Both the position numbers and the translations under genes were made by a program. A DNA stretch of 64,000 nucleotides from a virus. The stretch is from IMG/VR virus record IMGVR_UViG_3300047548_000777, positions 1 through 64,000 of that record. The stretch is one strand, 5' to 3'. The notes under the pieces were generated by a model. It saw only the letters and a program-made list of their open reading frames with translations, searched no databases and was not told the origin of the DNA. Below are positions 47,770 through 58,306 of this stretch, in pieces (the stretch's first letter is position 1; each line of letters begins with the position of its first letter).

Positions 47770-50131
47770 TTGCAGTCTCTAGTATACTTAAGGTAATTTT
47801 TAAAGCGCCTGAACGGCTAGCATATGCTATCACGCTGTCAAAGCTTTCTAAAATCATTTTTCCGTTAATTACGGTTGCTGAATCGTTTGGAGGTACAGTG
47901 AATTCTTTTACCAGTTCTGTTAACGTGTCTCCTGCTTGATATCCATTTTGTGTAGACGGGTCAGCGAATACCGGTAGGCGTCGATAGTGTCCGAACGTAA
48001 CTTTTGCTGCGGTATCTGACACGTTGGCTACCTGTGCCATTAGTATAATTGCAGTAATGCCAGGTGGTGCTGTGTAAATTTTGGTAGTATTAGGGGTATT
48101 CAGCGACTTTAGATATGCAACTGCTTCTGCAACTAAGAAATCTCTATTTGCTAATAGCAGATCAAATGCTTTGTTAATTTTAGGATCTGTTGATAGTCCA
48201 GTTAAATCAATCGGTGCTGCAGCGCCAGGTGCTGCACTTGGGCCAGCGCTTATAATACCGGTAATAATATCTATTTTCTGATTAATCTGCGTAAGAATAT
48301 AGCCGTCTGTTGAGTCTATATATGCCGCAGGTAAGTTAGTAACCTGCAGTACTTCGGTTTGTAACGGTGTTGGGAATTTTGTCAAGGAAACAATGCTTGC
48401 AATAACATCTTTTAAGTAGTTATATGCATTTACTGTATCAACTTTTTCAGTAGGAACAAGGCTAATTGTTGCACTGTGATCATAGTAGTACACCCCTGCT
48501 TGAACAGCCTGCCTGTTTCCTCCCCACAAAATATCAAAACGTATACAATCAACAATATATCCTACATCTCTTGAACATAATGAAACATCATAGCTAAAAG
48601 ATCCACGAGTTTGGCTGTCAACAAATGCAACTACTTCAGCAGCTAAGAAGTCTCGATTAGCTAACAGCATTCTATATGCATTTTCTCTATCTCGATCTGC
48701 GGTATAGTTAACATTGATAGCTTCCCTAACACTGGTGTCAGGGCCGTTTTCAATCATGCCAGTAATAATGTCAATTTTAGTTTTAGCAATTTCAGAGTTA
48801 TTTAATGTACCAGGAGGAAGGTTAGTTCTTTGTTTAACTGCTGTTTGATACTTTCCTGCAACTGGGTTGCCCTCTATTACTTCATCTAATATTGATCGTA
48901 AGTAATTGAATGCGGTGACTGCTACAGATCGCTGTGTAGGGAATACGCTGGTAGTTGTAGAAAATCCATAATAGTAGACCCCGGCTTGTATACTCTGACG
49001 ATTTCCGCCGAATAATAGGTCAAAGCTAACACTATCTATAATATACCCGGCATCTCTGAAACATTTTTCTTGATCGTAGGTAAACCCATCCCAAATGCCT
49101 CCGAGACCAGTGTTATCAGAAATTTGTTTAGTAATCCATGCAATGACTTCTTCTTGTATAAAACGCTTATTATTTTGCAATAAAGTGTAAGCGTTAATAA
49201 TACCTTCAATTTGTGATCTCTCTCCGTTAGGAATTACCTGATCTGTAACTGCACTGGTTCCTGCCGTAATAATACCGGTAATAACATCAAATAATCCACC
49301 TACTAGTGTGACACTGGCTAGGTTACCTTCTGCATTATTTCCGATAAATTGCGATTCATCGTTGCCATCTGTTGGAATTACTTCAATATTTCGTATCACA
49401 TTTTGTGCTACGGTTTTTATCCTAGCAATTGCAGCAAGGGTTTGTGCGCTTTGGTCCGGAACTTGTGTCGAACCTTGGCTCCAATATTGTAATCCTGAAA
49501 AGATACTTTGAGTCGAACCATCAGTTAGCAAGTCGAAGGCAATAGAGTCTACTATTAACCGAGTATCTCTTGCGCAATCTGTTTTATTATAACTAAATGT
49601 GTTAAACTGGCTATTTACGTAAGCAATAATTTCTGATTGTAAAAATCCTCTGTTTGCATACAAAATAGCTGCAGAATTTAATAAATCTGTATCTGTAGTT
49701 TGTTCTTTATTCGGTTCAATAAGGTCTGTAACACCTTTAGTTCCGTTTTCGATAATTCTAGATATAAGATCGAATTCTGCTGCAATTTTTGACTGTCCGT
49801 TAACTCCACCTGATGGTAAATCGACTATTTGCGTTTCACCGTTTCCTGGGGATACTGATACAGTCTGGTTAATCACTAGTTGTTTAGCAACTTCTTTTGC
49901 TCGATCCAATGCCGCTAGTGTTTGCAAAGTTTCACCTGGAATTTTACTTGCACCCTGTGCCCAATATTGCAATCCAGAAAATCTCGACTGGGTTGTTCCA
50001 GAATATAAAATGTCGAATGCTATAGAATCTACAATTAGCCCGGTGTCCCTAGCGCAATTTGCAGCGTTATAAGTCGATGTGGTTAACACCGCAGTTTTTG
50101 TTTTAAATGTATTTAATGGTAGTAATGCCAT
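47762..50131 (-). CDS. Virion protein with four helical C-x-R-D repeats inserted into a small beta domain
   Basis: CARD, CARD, CFRD, CSRD repeats; C-terminal IYTAPPGITAIILMAQVAN...KMILE domain. Confidence 0.75.
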   Translation of the reverse strand: MALLPLNTFKTKTAVLTTSTYNAANCARDTGLIVDSIAFDILYSGTTQSRFSGLQYWAQGASKIPGETLQTLAALDRAKEVAKQLVINQTVSVSPGNGETQIVDLPSGGVNGQSKIAAEFDLISRIIENGTKGVTDLIEPNKEQTTDTDLLNSAAILYANRGFLQSEIIAYVNSQFNTFSYNKTDCARDTRLIVDSIAFDLLTDGSTQSIFSGLQYWSQGSTQVPDQSAQTLAAIARIKTVAQNVIRNIEVIPTDGNDESQFIGNNAEGNLASVTLVGGLFDVITGIITAGTSAVTDQVIPNGERSQIEGIINAYTLLQNNKRFIQEEVIAWITKQISDNTGLGGIWDGFTYDQEKCFRDAGYIIDSVSFDLLFGGNRQSIQAGVYYYGFSTTTSVFPTQRSVAVTAFNYLRSILDEVIEGNPVAGKYQTAVKQRTNLPPGTLNNSEIAKTKIDIITGMIENGPDTSVREAINVNYTADRDRENAYRMLLANRDFLAAEVVAFVDSQTRGSFSYDVSLCSRDVGYIVDCIRFDILWGGNRQAVQAGVYYYDHSATISLVPTEKVDTVNAYNYLKDVIASIVSLTKFPTPLQTEVLQVTNLPAAYIDSTDGYILTQINQKIDIITGIISAGPSAAPGAAAPIDLTGLSTDPKINKAFDLLLANRDFLVAEAVAYLKSLNTPNTTKIYTAPPGITAIILMAQVANVSDTAAKVTFGHYRRLPVFADPSTQNGYQAGDTLTELVKEFTVPPNDSATVINGKMILESFDSVIAYASRSGALKITLSILETANA

Positions 50132-50146
50132 GTTGCTAAATCCTCT

Positions 50147-53100
50147 TTATTCAATCGACAGTATAAACGGGGTCATTGTTGCAAACAGACTCTTTTCAAA
50201 GGTTCTTCCAGTTAATGTTCCAGTTGCCTGATTAATAACTAGACCCTCACCGATTCGGAAGTCTCCGTTCTGATCTGTACTTGTGAAGAAAACTTTTCCT
50301 CCGTCTAACATATTTACTTCTCTTTCCTGTTTAGGATCAGCACGGCCTACCATAGGTAATGCCCCGTAGTTAGATCCTGCCCCAACATACTCAAATAAGT
50401 ATCCTGATGCTGTCATGTAACTTCTCTGATAGAAGTTAATAATAGCACCATCCGGGAATAATGAAGTGTTTGTAGTATTATCTTCTAGGTTTATTAAATG
50501 ATAAGTTCCAGATCTAGCATAATAACTTAATCCTGAATAAACTGCGTTGTAGTTTCCACCAAGAGTTAAATCTTCAGCAATTTTACTTGGAATTAATGCA
50601 GAATCTCTTAGGCACTTTTCTTTATTATATGTAAATCCTGGATTTGCAACAACATAATTGTCCATAAACTTACTAATTTCTGCAACAATAAAGTTAATAT
50701 TCAATAATATCAACTCCGATGCGTCAGCATCACTTTGCGTGACGAATCCCTTTTTAACGATGCCTGGAGTCGCACTTTGACCTTGATCAAGTATGTCATA
50801 AACGATTGTTGCCAACAATAATGTCCTAGCTATTGTACCAGTTGTTGGATTGTTTGTTAAATTAAGTGTAACTTGAGGGACCGCAGTCTGTAACGGGGAA
50901 CCATACATTGTATTGGATACAATGGATTGTAGAAGTGTTCTAATGTATTCGATGGTCAATAGTTCTGGAGCTTTCTGATTATTTGGGAACACTAATAACC
51001 CTTCTGCAACCGGATCTGGAGCTTTCTCACTAGATAAAATTGTGTAATACGCTTTTCCTGCTACAAATATTGTGAAATAAGTAGGATTTTCAGGGAAACT
51101 TCCTCCTTTATTTACAGGAGTATTTAAATAGATTGTATCTGGGCCTACATCAGTAATAACTGTATCTTCCAGTAAATATCTTTCTCCGGTAACAGGATCC
51201 GAGTAACTGCCGAATTGATCTCGCACATATACGTGTTGTCCTATATACATGTCATTGACTTCTATCCCTGAAATTGTTAGACTATCTTCTATAATTTCAG
51301 AAGTTGTAATGGTACTGGTGATATATCCTGGTAGGTTTTGCTCGTTGATATAATCATCAGGAGGGATTACTTCCATTACTAATCCAATGTGCGGTCTATT
51401 TGCAGCATCTGGAACAAAAACGCAAACCTGCTGATTTCTCGGGAAATACCCGTCAGGATAGAATTGGTTAAATTCAAATGTTTTTGTTAAACTGTTGTAG
51501 ACTTTATTAGCAGGATTGTAAATTGTGCCGGAGAATTCTTTTGGTCCGTATCCTTTAGAAACCATGCAGTAGTCACCGAAGTTACTGTTCGCGTTAGTAA
51601 TGGACATAATCCCACCGTTATCTACTTGCATAGATATAGAGCAGAACACTGTGAACATCGAAACTAACTGTGTATAACCACGATTAGTTGCTCTAGCTCC
51701 GCGGCCGCCTTGATTTAGCTGTGTAAATGCATCAACAACCATAGACCTTATAGGAGATATATCGCTTACACGATCACCGTCAATAATTAATCCACCCATT
51801 GAGCCATACTTATCGTACTTACGCTGATCCCACTCTGGATAATTATCAAAATCTTTATCTTGCAACGGATAGACCGATGGGTATCCAAAATACAACCTAG
51901 AATTTGTTCCGATACCAACAGTCGGCTTATCTAATCCTATAATGTAAGTATTAGCAACTCCAGCTTTAGGTGTAACTGATGTAACCTTGGTAGATTGTTG
52001 AACGTCATCAGCGCTAACTCCAGTTGCAGCAAATAAAGCAGTTCCTTGATATATTTCTGGAACAGCTGCTTCACCATTTTCGATGATATCAGTTATAATT
52101 TTTGTATTTCTTACTATACTACCAACTGTAATTTCACCTTTTGAATAATACGTGTTTGTTACTTGCTCGCTTGTAAGATCAGGCTTAATATTCTGAACAA
52201 TATTAGTCATTAACCCTTTGGCATAGTTTAATGCATCAATTGTTTGTGTTGCTTCGCCTTCAATTACTAACACATTTGCCGAGTAGTATCCTCTGCCGGC
52301 TTCTGCTGACTTTTTATTTCCACCTAATAATATATCTTGGCTTATCGAGTCTATAATATAACCAAGATCACGTTCACATTTAGCCTTTGTGTCGTACTTT
52401 TCATTTAAAAATCCTAAAGTACTGGTTTGTATACTAGCTAAATTAGTTAAAATTGTAATCTTATCAACATTATTAGCAGTATAGTTAACACCTTTGATGT
52501 AATTAGGCATTGTTATAACTACCGTACCAGACTGTTCGATAATTATGTTAATCTGATCGATAAGAACTTGTAACGTTACTGCCTCATCAAATGTTCCCAC
52601 TGGCAGTTCTAAATATTGTCGTAAATCGTCATTTCCTTGGGTTGGAATAACTGGTATATTTTGTACAACGCTACTAATAACTTGTTTTAAATGCTCGTAG
52701 GCAGCAATTGCTTGTTGTATTTGACCTGGTAAGTAAGTTGTTGTGCCTAAATAGTAAGCATTTGCTACTTCAACAGATTGGCTATTTCCTCCGTATAGTA
52801 AATCATAAACTAACGCATCAATAATATATCCGGTATCTCGCCTACAAAGAGAAATATTATATGTAAATTCTGATGTAAAAGGAGGTGTGTTAGTTGCAAC
52901 TTGTTTATTAATCCATGCTATAACTTCTTCAACTAGGAACGGTTTATTTTTTATAATAATTCTAGATGCATTTATTTTATTTGAAGTACTTATTAACTCT
53001 TCTGATGAGGTACTTAATGGATTTATAAACTCTAAATCAGGTGCTGCAAAATCTGATACTTTATCAATTATGTCAGTTACAGTTTTAAATAACTCATTAA

Positions 53101-55204
53101 TCTTCTTAATTGTATCTGCCTTAGTAACAGGATTAAGCAGTGCAACTGCAGTATCCCTTGCAAAATTTAATCCTGCAATAGTTTTTTGTTTCTGTAAAGT
53201 AGTTACTGTTGAACTGTAGCTTCTTGTATATGCAATTCCTGCATATAAAGATCTATAATTTGTTCCTAAAATTAAATCGTCAAGTACAGAATTTAAAATA
53301 ATTCCTACGTCTCTACTACATTTAGCTTGATCAAATGTTAACAGCCCTGGGTATTTTGTATCTACATAAGAACTAACTTGTTTAATAATAAACTCTCGGT
53401 TATCCTGTATCAGCACTTCCCCGCACACCAATCCGAATTCTGCACCGGTAGAATAATATATCTTTGGTGCGGCACCAGGACCGTTTGTTATTATATTTGT
53501 AATGATGTCAATATTGTTAGATATTGGGATGAGTGCAATCAGCCCATCTGTTAAATTTGGGTTGAATACTTGAGCGTGAACACCTGTTCCAGATAACAAA
53601 TCTGGAGCTGGTAGACTAGGATTATTTTGCAGTATGCTTGTCGCTAAAGTTTTAATGTAATCGAGTGCATCAACAGTAACCGATTCTTCTCCAGGTATTA
53701 AACTAGTAACGCCGTCAAAATATGCAAGTCCAGATTCGACACTTTTACTATTTCCACCAAAGCATGCATCGTATAATACATTTTCAACAATTATACCAAC
53801 ATCCCGACGACATTTTTCTCTAGCATATACAAAGGTAGGATACGTAGTTTCTACATAAGCAAGAACCTGTTCTTGAATAAAAGGCTTATTTGCTAAAAGC
53901 AATGTTCTTGCATCAAAAAATCCAATGTCTTGCGGAGCAGTATTGATGCTCATTCCTGCTAAGGGAACATCACCACGCTTAATTTCAACTTCAATCTCGT
54001 TAAGGCCTTCAGTAAATGTAGTAATTCCAACACTTAATGGTAATTGCACTGTCTGATTTGGAATAAACATGGTGCCATCTTTGAGCCAAGGTCCAGATTG
54101 ATTTGTGCAGTTTTGTATATAGGGAGACTTATAAATCGTTAACTTGCCTGTTTTTAAATTAACATTAGTCTTTGGTACAGTATTCAGAGATTGCTTAGAA
54201 ACAAATATGGTATTACCAACCACCGACCTAACAATCGTATTCTCTGCAAAATCTTCTCCAATAATTTCAATTCCTGGGATAACCTCATCCGAAATACTGA
54301 TAACTTGTATTTCGTTACTCTTTGGCTGAATATTTCCCGTGATTTGAACTGTATTTGTTGGGAACGCTACAGTGTATGCTCCTCGATCAATGTAAGGATC
54401 AATTATACCACTTCGTCCATTTATAAATTGCATCTGTGCAAGGTATGTTGAGCTATCAACATGAAATAAATCTTGAGTTTTGTTAATAGGTTCAACTGTA
54501 GTAGTTCTTAAATCACTACCTATAACACTGGTATATGGTTTTAGTCTAAGTGGATTGTTTTCTAAGTACCTGCCTGGAAATACTTTTATGCTTGTTCCTG
54601 GCCTATACAAAGGACTTCTAATCGCTCCTCCGATAGTTCTACAGGCCCTGGTAGGATCCATACTGCTGCCATCGTTTGTATCATCTCCGTCCATTGTAAC
54701 GTATAACGTATTCGTAACAATAGGAGCAGTTCCGTACGGTATTCCGGTGACAACCAAATCTCCTTCGAAGACTGCCTTTCCTGATACATTTAACTCTTTT
54801 TCGATGTCAACACGACTAAGAATGTCTACTTTCCCAGACCCCCTTGCATCAACGACCACATCTTTGTTGACTGTGTTAGTAATTTTGTTAACAAATAAAT
54901 CATTCCATGCTTGATCCGGAATACCTAAATTGAACGTATCGCTTTGCTTAGGAATTAAATCCGAAGTAAAGTCAGCTGCAACAGAAATAGAATCACCAGG
55001 TGTTGAACCAAAAGTTAACTTTCCATCAATAGTTGTATTACCTGTAACATACAAGTTGTTGTTAACTTTAACTTGTGTTGCTGAATCATCAGAACCTAAG
55101 ACAACGTCTTTAGAATCTAACACAACCTTGCCGTTAGCTTCAACTGCTACACTGTTATCCTTAACATTTTTTTCGTTTATCTGGCTTCTTTTTAAAAACT
55201 TCAT
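50147..55204 (-). CDS. Large virion protein: beta-helix-like scaffold with five helical C-x-R-D repeats
   Basis: LYVTMDGDD..DG...RTIGGA...GRYLENNP; SMVVDAFTQLNQGG; FEYVGAG; FFTSTDQNGDFRIG. Confidence 0.75.
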   Translation of the reverse strand: MKFLKRSQINEKNVKDNSVAVEANGKVVLDSKDVVLGSDDSATQVKVNNNLYVTGNTTIDGKLTFGSTPGDSISVAADFTSDLIPKQSDTFNLGIPDQAWNDLFVNKITNTVNKDVVVDARGSGKVDILSRVDIEKELNVSGKAVFEGDLVVTGIPYGTAPIVTNTLYVTMDGDDTNDGSSMDPTRACRTIGGAIRSPLYRPGTSIKVFPGRYLENNPLRLKPYTSVIGSDLRTTTVEPINKTQDLFHVDSSTYLAQMQFINGRSGIIDPYIDRGAYTVAFPTNTVQITGNIQPKSNEIQVISISDEVIPGIEIIGEDFAENTIVRSVVGNTIFVSKQSLNTVPKTNVNLKTGKLTIYKSPYIQNCTNQSGPWLKDGTMFIPNQTVQLPLSVGITTFTEGLNEIEVEIKRGDVPLAGMSINTAPQDIGFFDARTLLLANKPFIQEQVLAYVETTYPTFVYAREKCRRDVGIIVENVLYDACFGGNSKSVESGLAYFDGVTSLIPGEESVTVDALDYIKTLATSILQNNPSLPAPDLLSGTGVHAQVFNPNLTDGLIALIPISNNIDIITNIITNGPGAAPKIYYSTGAEFGLVCGEVLIQDNREFIIKQVSSYVDTKYPGLLTFDQAKCSRDVGIILNSVLDDLILGTNYRSLYAGIAYTRSYSSTVTTLQKQKTIAGLNFARDTAVALLNPVTKADTIKKINELFKTVTDIIDKVSDFAAPDLEFINPLSTSSEELISTSNKINASRIIIKNKPFLVEEVIAWINKQVATNTPPFTSEFTYNISLCRRDTGYIIDALVYDLLYGGNSQSVEVANAYYLGTTTYLPGQIQQAIAAYEHLKQVISSVVQNIPVIPTQGNDDLRQYLELPVGTFDEAVTLQVLIDQINIIIEQSGTVVITMPNYIKGVNYTANNVDKITILTNLASIQTSTLGFLNEKYDTKAKCERDLGYIIDSISQDILLGGNKKSAEAGRGYYSANVLVIEGEATQTIDALNYAKGLMTNIVQNIKPDLTSEQVTNTYYSKGEITVGSIVRNTKIITDIIENGEAAVPEIYQGTALFAATGVSADDVQQSTKVTSVTPKAGVANTYIIGLDKPTVGIGTNSRLYFGYPSVYPLQDKDFDNYPEWDQRKYDKYGSMGGLIIDGDRVSDISPIRSMVVDAFTQLNQGGRGARATNRGYTQLVSMFTVFCSISMQVDNGGIMSITNANSNFGDYCMVSKGYGPKEFSGTIYNPANKVYNSLTKTFEFNQFYPDGYFPRNQQVCVFVPDAANRPHIGLVMEVIPPDDYINEQNLPGYITSTITTSEIIEDSLTISGIEVNDMYIGQHVYVRDQFGSYSDPVTGERYLLEDTVITDVGPDTIYLNTPVNKGGSFPENPTYFTIFVAGKAYYTILSSEKAPDPVAEGLLVFPNNQKAPELLTIEYIRTLLQSIVSNTMYGSPLQTAVPQVTLNLTNNPTTGTIARTLLLATIVYDILDQGQSATPGIVKKGFVTQSDADASELILLNINFIVAEISKFMDNYVVANPGFTYNKEKCLRDSALIPSKIAEDLTLGGNYNAVYSGLSYYARSGTYHLINLEDNTTNTSLFPDGAIINFYQRSYMTASGYLFEYVGAGSNYGALPMVGRADPKQEREVNMLDGGKVFFTSTDQNGDFRIGEGLVINQATGTLTGRTFEKSLFATMTPFILSIE

Positions 55205-55551
55205 TATGAAACTCTCAAGGTACTAATAATAGCGTTAACGCCTTTTCCGTTATCATCTGGTCCAATTGATGCAATTGCCTGAACCCTATCACCAGTTGAT
55301 AAAATAATTTTTTCAGTATCAAACGTAAAAGTCTCGCCTGCAGGTATAGTTAAACTGTTAACAACCATATTTCGAAAATCTCTTGCTTCGTTAGCTGGAA
55401 CGTAATGTACCGTTAATGTTATATCAGTGTCTGCACTATTACAAAAAATTATGCAGGTTACAGCATATTCTCGAACATCGGTAGTTGCAAGTCCGGGGCA
55501 AATAAAGATTGTAGTTTCAGCTGTTAAAATTGCTGTGCTCTGAATAGCCAT
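55204..55551 (-). CDS. Small virion structural protein
   Basis: 115 aa; TIPAGETFTFDTEKIILSTGD parallels the C-terminal domain of 47762-50131. Confidence 0.7.
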   Translation of the reverse strand: MAIQSTAILTAETTIFICPGLATTDVREYAVTCIIFCNSADTDITLTVHYVPANEARDFRNMVVNSLTIPAGETFTFDTEKIILSTGDRVQAIASIGPDDNGKGVNAIISTLRVS

Positions 55552-55560
55552 TTTTATTCC

Positions 55561-56763
55561 TTAAAATATCAAACTATAGACAATTGCTCTACGTTTGCTT
55601 ATTAATTCGTCGTTTGTTCCTTGAGTGTTTACAAAATACAACCCAGTTCCACCGCCACCAACTTCGTTTTTAGAATAGAATTTAACATACCCTGGATTGG
55701 ATTCTTGCGATGGATTATAACTCACAGGAGCATTTTTTAAATTCAATACACTATCTAATAGTAATACGTTGGTGGAAATATTAGATATACTATTAGATTC
55801 TAATCTAATATTGTCAGCGGTTAATCCAGAATTGTTAACTACGACTCTAGGAAATGCATCTACGTCAAATACGATTTCACCAAGGCCTGTTTGATTTGTA
55901 TCGAATACCTGTACTTTAGTGTCGCCTTCTTGTATTTTATTTGTAGAAAACACTCTACGATTTGTATAATCTACAATGGCTCTTATATTCGGAATCGCAT
56001 CATCATTTTTTACAGGATTCGGACGTACTGTACCTGTCGCAGAGGATGTTGCAAGGTCTGGACCTTCGTTTCTATAAGTCAGTGTTACCGCATTAGAACC
56101 AGCATCAGGAACTGAGACAACAGTAGCAAATAATGTGTCAAAAGTTGAATTATTTAAAACAAATATATCAACTTGTCCACCAGCTATTATAGTATGCGGG
56201 GCACTGGTTGTTATTGTTGCTATATTATTAATTCTAGATATAGTTGATATTTCATAAACTGTATTAAGTTTATCGTAATCAAGAATTTGTCTTTCATAAT
56301 TTAAGGTACCAGTGACATTAATAATGCCGGTACCTTGTGTGATTAAATTTAAATCATTCCCACCAGTGTCTATTCTGTTTGTTGCTATACCTTGTATTGC
56401 AGTAGATAGATCCGAAGCATCTACATAACTACTATCAACAAATACAAACTGATTAGTTCGTTCGTCCCATAATATAGAAACGTCGGGCAATGTGCCTCTT
56501 TCTATAGAGATACCAGCAGTAGATCCTAAAGTTTTAACACCGTCCAACTGTTCATTTTGATTTAGAACAATAATGTTGTCTTTAATAGCTAGATTTTCTG
56601 ACTCTATAATTGTGGTTTTGCCTTGTATATCTAAATCGCCAACAATGACTACCTTACCTTGATTTCCTAAAAAATTAGTATCAAAGGTAATTGTACCAGG
56701 ATTACCCGGAGAACCCACCACAAGTTTGTAATTACTATCTTGTACTCTAACTATTTTTGACAT
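55561..56763 (-). CDS. Virion structural / fibre-base protein
   Basis: 400 aa; GDLDIQG.TT......IKDNII.LN motif shared with the fibre genes. Confidence 0.7.
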   Translation of the reverse strand: MSKIVRVQDSNYKLVVGSPGNPGTITFDTNFLGNQGKVVIVGDLDIQGKTTIIESENLAIKDNIIVLNQNEQLDGVKTLGSTAGISIERGTLPDVSILWDERTNQFVFVDSSYVDASDLSTAIQGIATNRIDTGGNDLNLITQGTGIINVTGTLNYERQILDYDKLNTVYEISTISRINNIATITTSAPHTIIAGGQVDIFVLNNSTFDTLFATVVSVPDAGSNAVTLTYRNEGPDLATSSATGTVRPNPVKNDDAIPNIRAIVDYTNRRVFSTNKIQEGDTKVQVFDTNQTGLGEIVFDVDAFPRVVVNNSGLTADNIRLESNSISNISTNVLLLDSVLNLKNAPVSYNPSQESNPGYVKFYSKNEVGGGGTGLYFVNTQGTNDELISKRRAIVYSLIF

Positions 56764-56813
56764 TATACATTCCCTTATACAAGGGGCCGCATAGACCCCT
56801 ATAGTAAATTATA

Positions 56814-57461
56814 TTAAGCAGCAACAGTTAATGTAACCGCATTAGAAGTTACACTAGTAGCACCGGTTGCACTAACAATTACACGATATAGGTTACCGTC
56901 ATCCGATGGTTGTAAACCAAGTAATAGTAAGTTATCGTTAGTAGATGCAGTATTACTCCATGTTGCGCCAGAGTCAGTTGAAACTTGCCATAGATAAGTT
57001 AGTGTAGCACCTTCTGTTACGTTAGCAACGACCGCAAATACAGCTTCTCCATCAGCTGCGGTTTGATCAGTTGGCTGCGATGTAATCGTAATGAACGGGG
57101 AAACACTGGTTTCAACTTCATCCATTTCTGCCTTTCCATCTGTAATACTACCATCGAATGTCCAAGCATAGCTTACACCGCCGGCGACAACTCTATGTGC
57201 AGCAATCTTAGTAACTCTTCGAACAACGCCGTCATCAGTTTGTACACTGATAGACATCTCGTTAGCTGCTAACGAACCATCTGCTTTATCTACTAAGAAA
57301 CAATCACCTGTGTTAGCACCAACTGTTACTTTAAATTTTCTGGTACCTCGTTGACTTACAATTCTGCCGTCGCCTTCTGCATTGGCACCGATTTTTGCAC
57401 GAACTTTGATCTGATTACCTGCGCCAGATCCGAAATATCTCTTGTTTAGTGGACGTCCCAT
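56814..57461 (-). CDS. Putative head decoration protein with a C-terminal Ig-like domain
   Basis: ITSQPTDQT...FAVVA...LTYLWQ...DDGNLYRVIVS...SNAVTLTV; first structural gene downstream of the capsid gene; AAGGA SD. Confidence 0.65.
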   Translation of the reverse strand: MGRPLNKRYFGSGAGNQIKVRAKIGANAEGDGRIVSQRGTRKFKVTVGANTGDCFLVDKADGSLAANEMSISVQTDDGVVRRVTKIAAHRVVAGGVSYAWTFDGSITDGKAEMDEVETSVSPFITITSQPTDQTAADGEAVFAVVANVTEGATLTYLWQVSTDSGATWSNTASTNDNLLLLGLQPSDDGNLYRVIVSATGATSVTSNAVTLTVAA

Positions 57462-57480
57462 TTGTTTGATTCCTTATAAA

Positions 57481-57559
57481 TAGTATTATGGATGTGGGTT
57501 CTATCCACTACGGTGTGGGGCACCGTAAGCTATTATCTGTTAAATAGCATCCATTACTA
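57481..57559 (-). ncRNA. Candidate structured 5'-leader RNA, copy A (four-way junction)
   Basis: AUGGAUG/CAUCCAU closing stem around three hairpins; fills the space between CATAAATA (57568-57561) and the SD of 57461. Confidence 0.65.
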
Positions 57560-57565
57560 TTATTT

Positions 57566-58240
57566 ATGTATATTAAGATGAATACTCCTTACACTTACCT
57601 AATCGGATGGTCAGATTTAAATCGTTGGTATTACGGCGTTCGATATTCTAAGAATTGCCATCCAACTGACTTGTGGAATCCGTATAAGACATCAAGTAAG
57701 ATAGTATTAAAATTTATTAAAGATCACGGAGAGCCCGATATTCGAATTGTTCGTCGTACATTTAACAGCGTTAACGAAGCAAGAGTATGGGAGCATAGAG
57801 TTCTATTAAAATTAAACGTCATTAATAAAGAGAAATGGTTGAACGGACATAATACTATTGCGTTTGATATTACATTAGTTCCAAAAGGAGATCAACACTG
57901 GACTAGAAAGAATCCCGAAAAGTGGGCTAAAATTCAAAAATTTAGAAAATACCAAAAAGGGGAAATGCATTGGACTAATCAAAAAACTGCATCGGCGCAA
58001 CAGCATCGAACGCGAATGAATAGCGAAATGAATCCTAATAATTTTTTACACAACAAGATTTTAAGAAGTGAAAAGTTAAAAATCGATAATCCTGTTAATT
58101 TACCAGGAGTTAAAAATAAAATTAAAGAAACATTAACAGGATATAAGCATCCTCGTAAAATATGCGAGCACTGCGGTAAAGATGTAGCTGATTCGATTTA
58201 TACAAGATGGCACGGAACTAAATGTAAAAATTTAGGTTGA
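57566..58240 (+). mobile_element. Free-standing homing endonuclease, GIY-YIG-like
   Basis: YTYLI-(8)-WYYGVR, YKTSS, A.VWEHRVL, WLN; C-terminal CEHC...RWHG.KC; inverted relative to the structural operon. Confidence 0.75.
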
Positions 58241-58306
58241 CGTTTTAGGTCTACGCTGCGGGGTTACAGCATAAGTCTCGTGTTAAACGAGCACTCAGTT
58301 ATAGAC
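58239..58306 (-). ncRNA. Candidate structured leader RNA, copy B (orphaned)
   Basis: Same three hairpins as copy A with compensatory changes; follows late promoter GATAAATA (58319-58312). Confidence 0.65.

Noticed and set aside
57488-57554. tRNA gene (cloverleaf with a 7-bp stem and GGTTCTATCC on +)
   Set aside because: Arm order and sizes do not fit, there is no proper anticodon loop, and G-U pairs favour the opposite strand.
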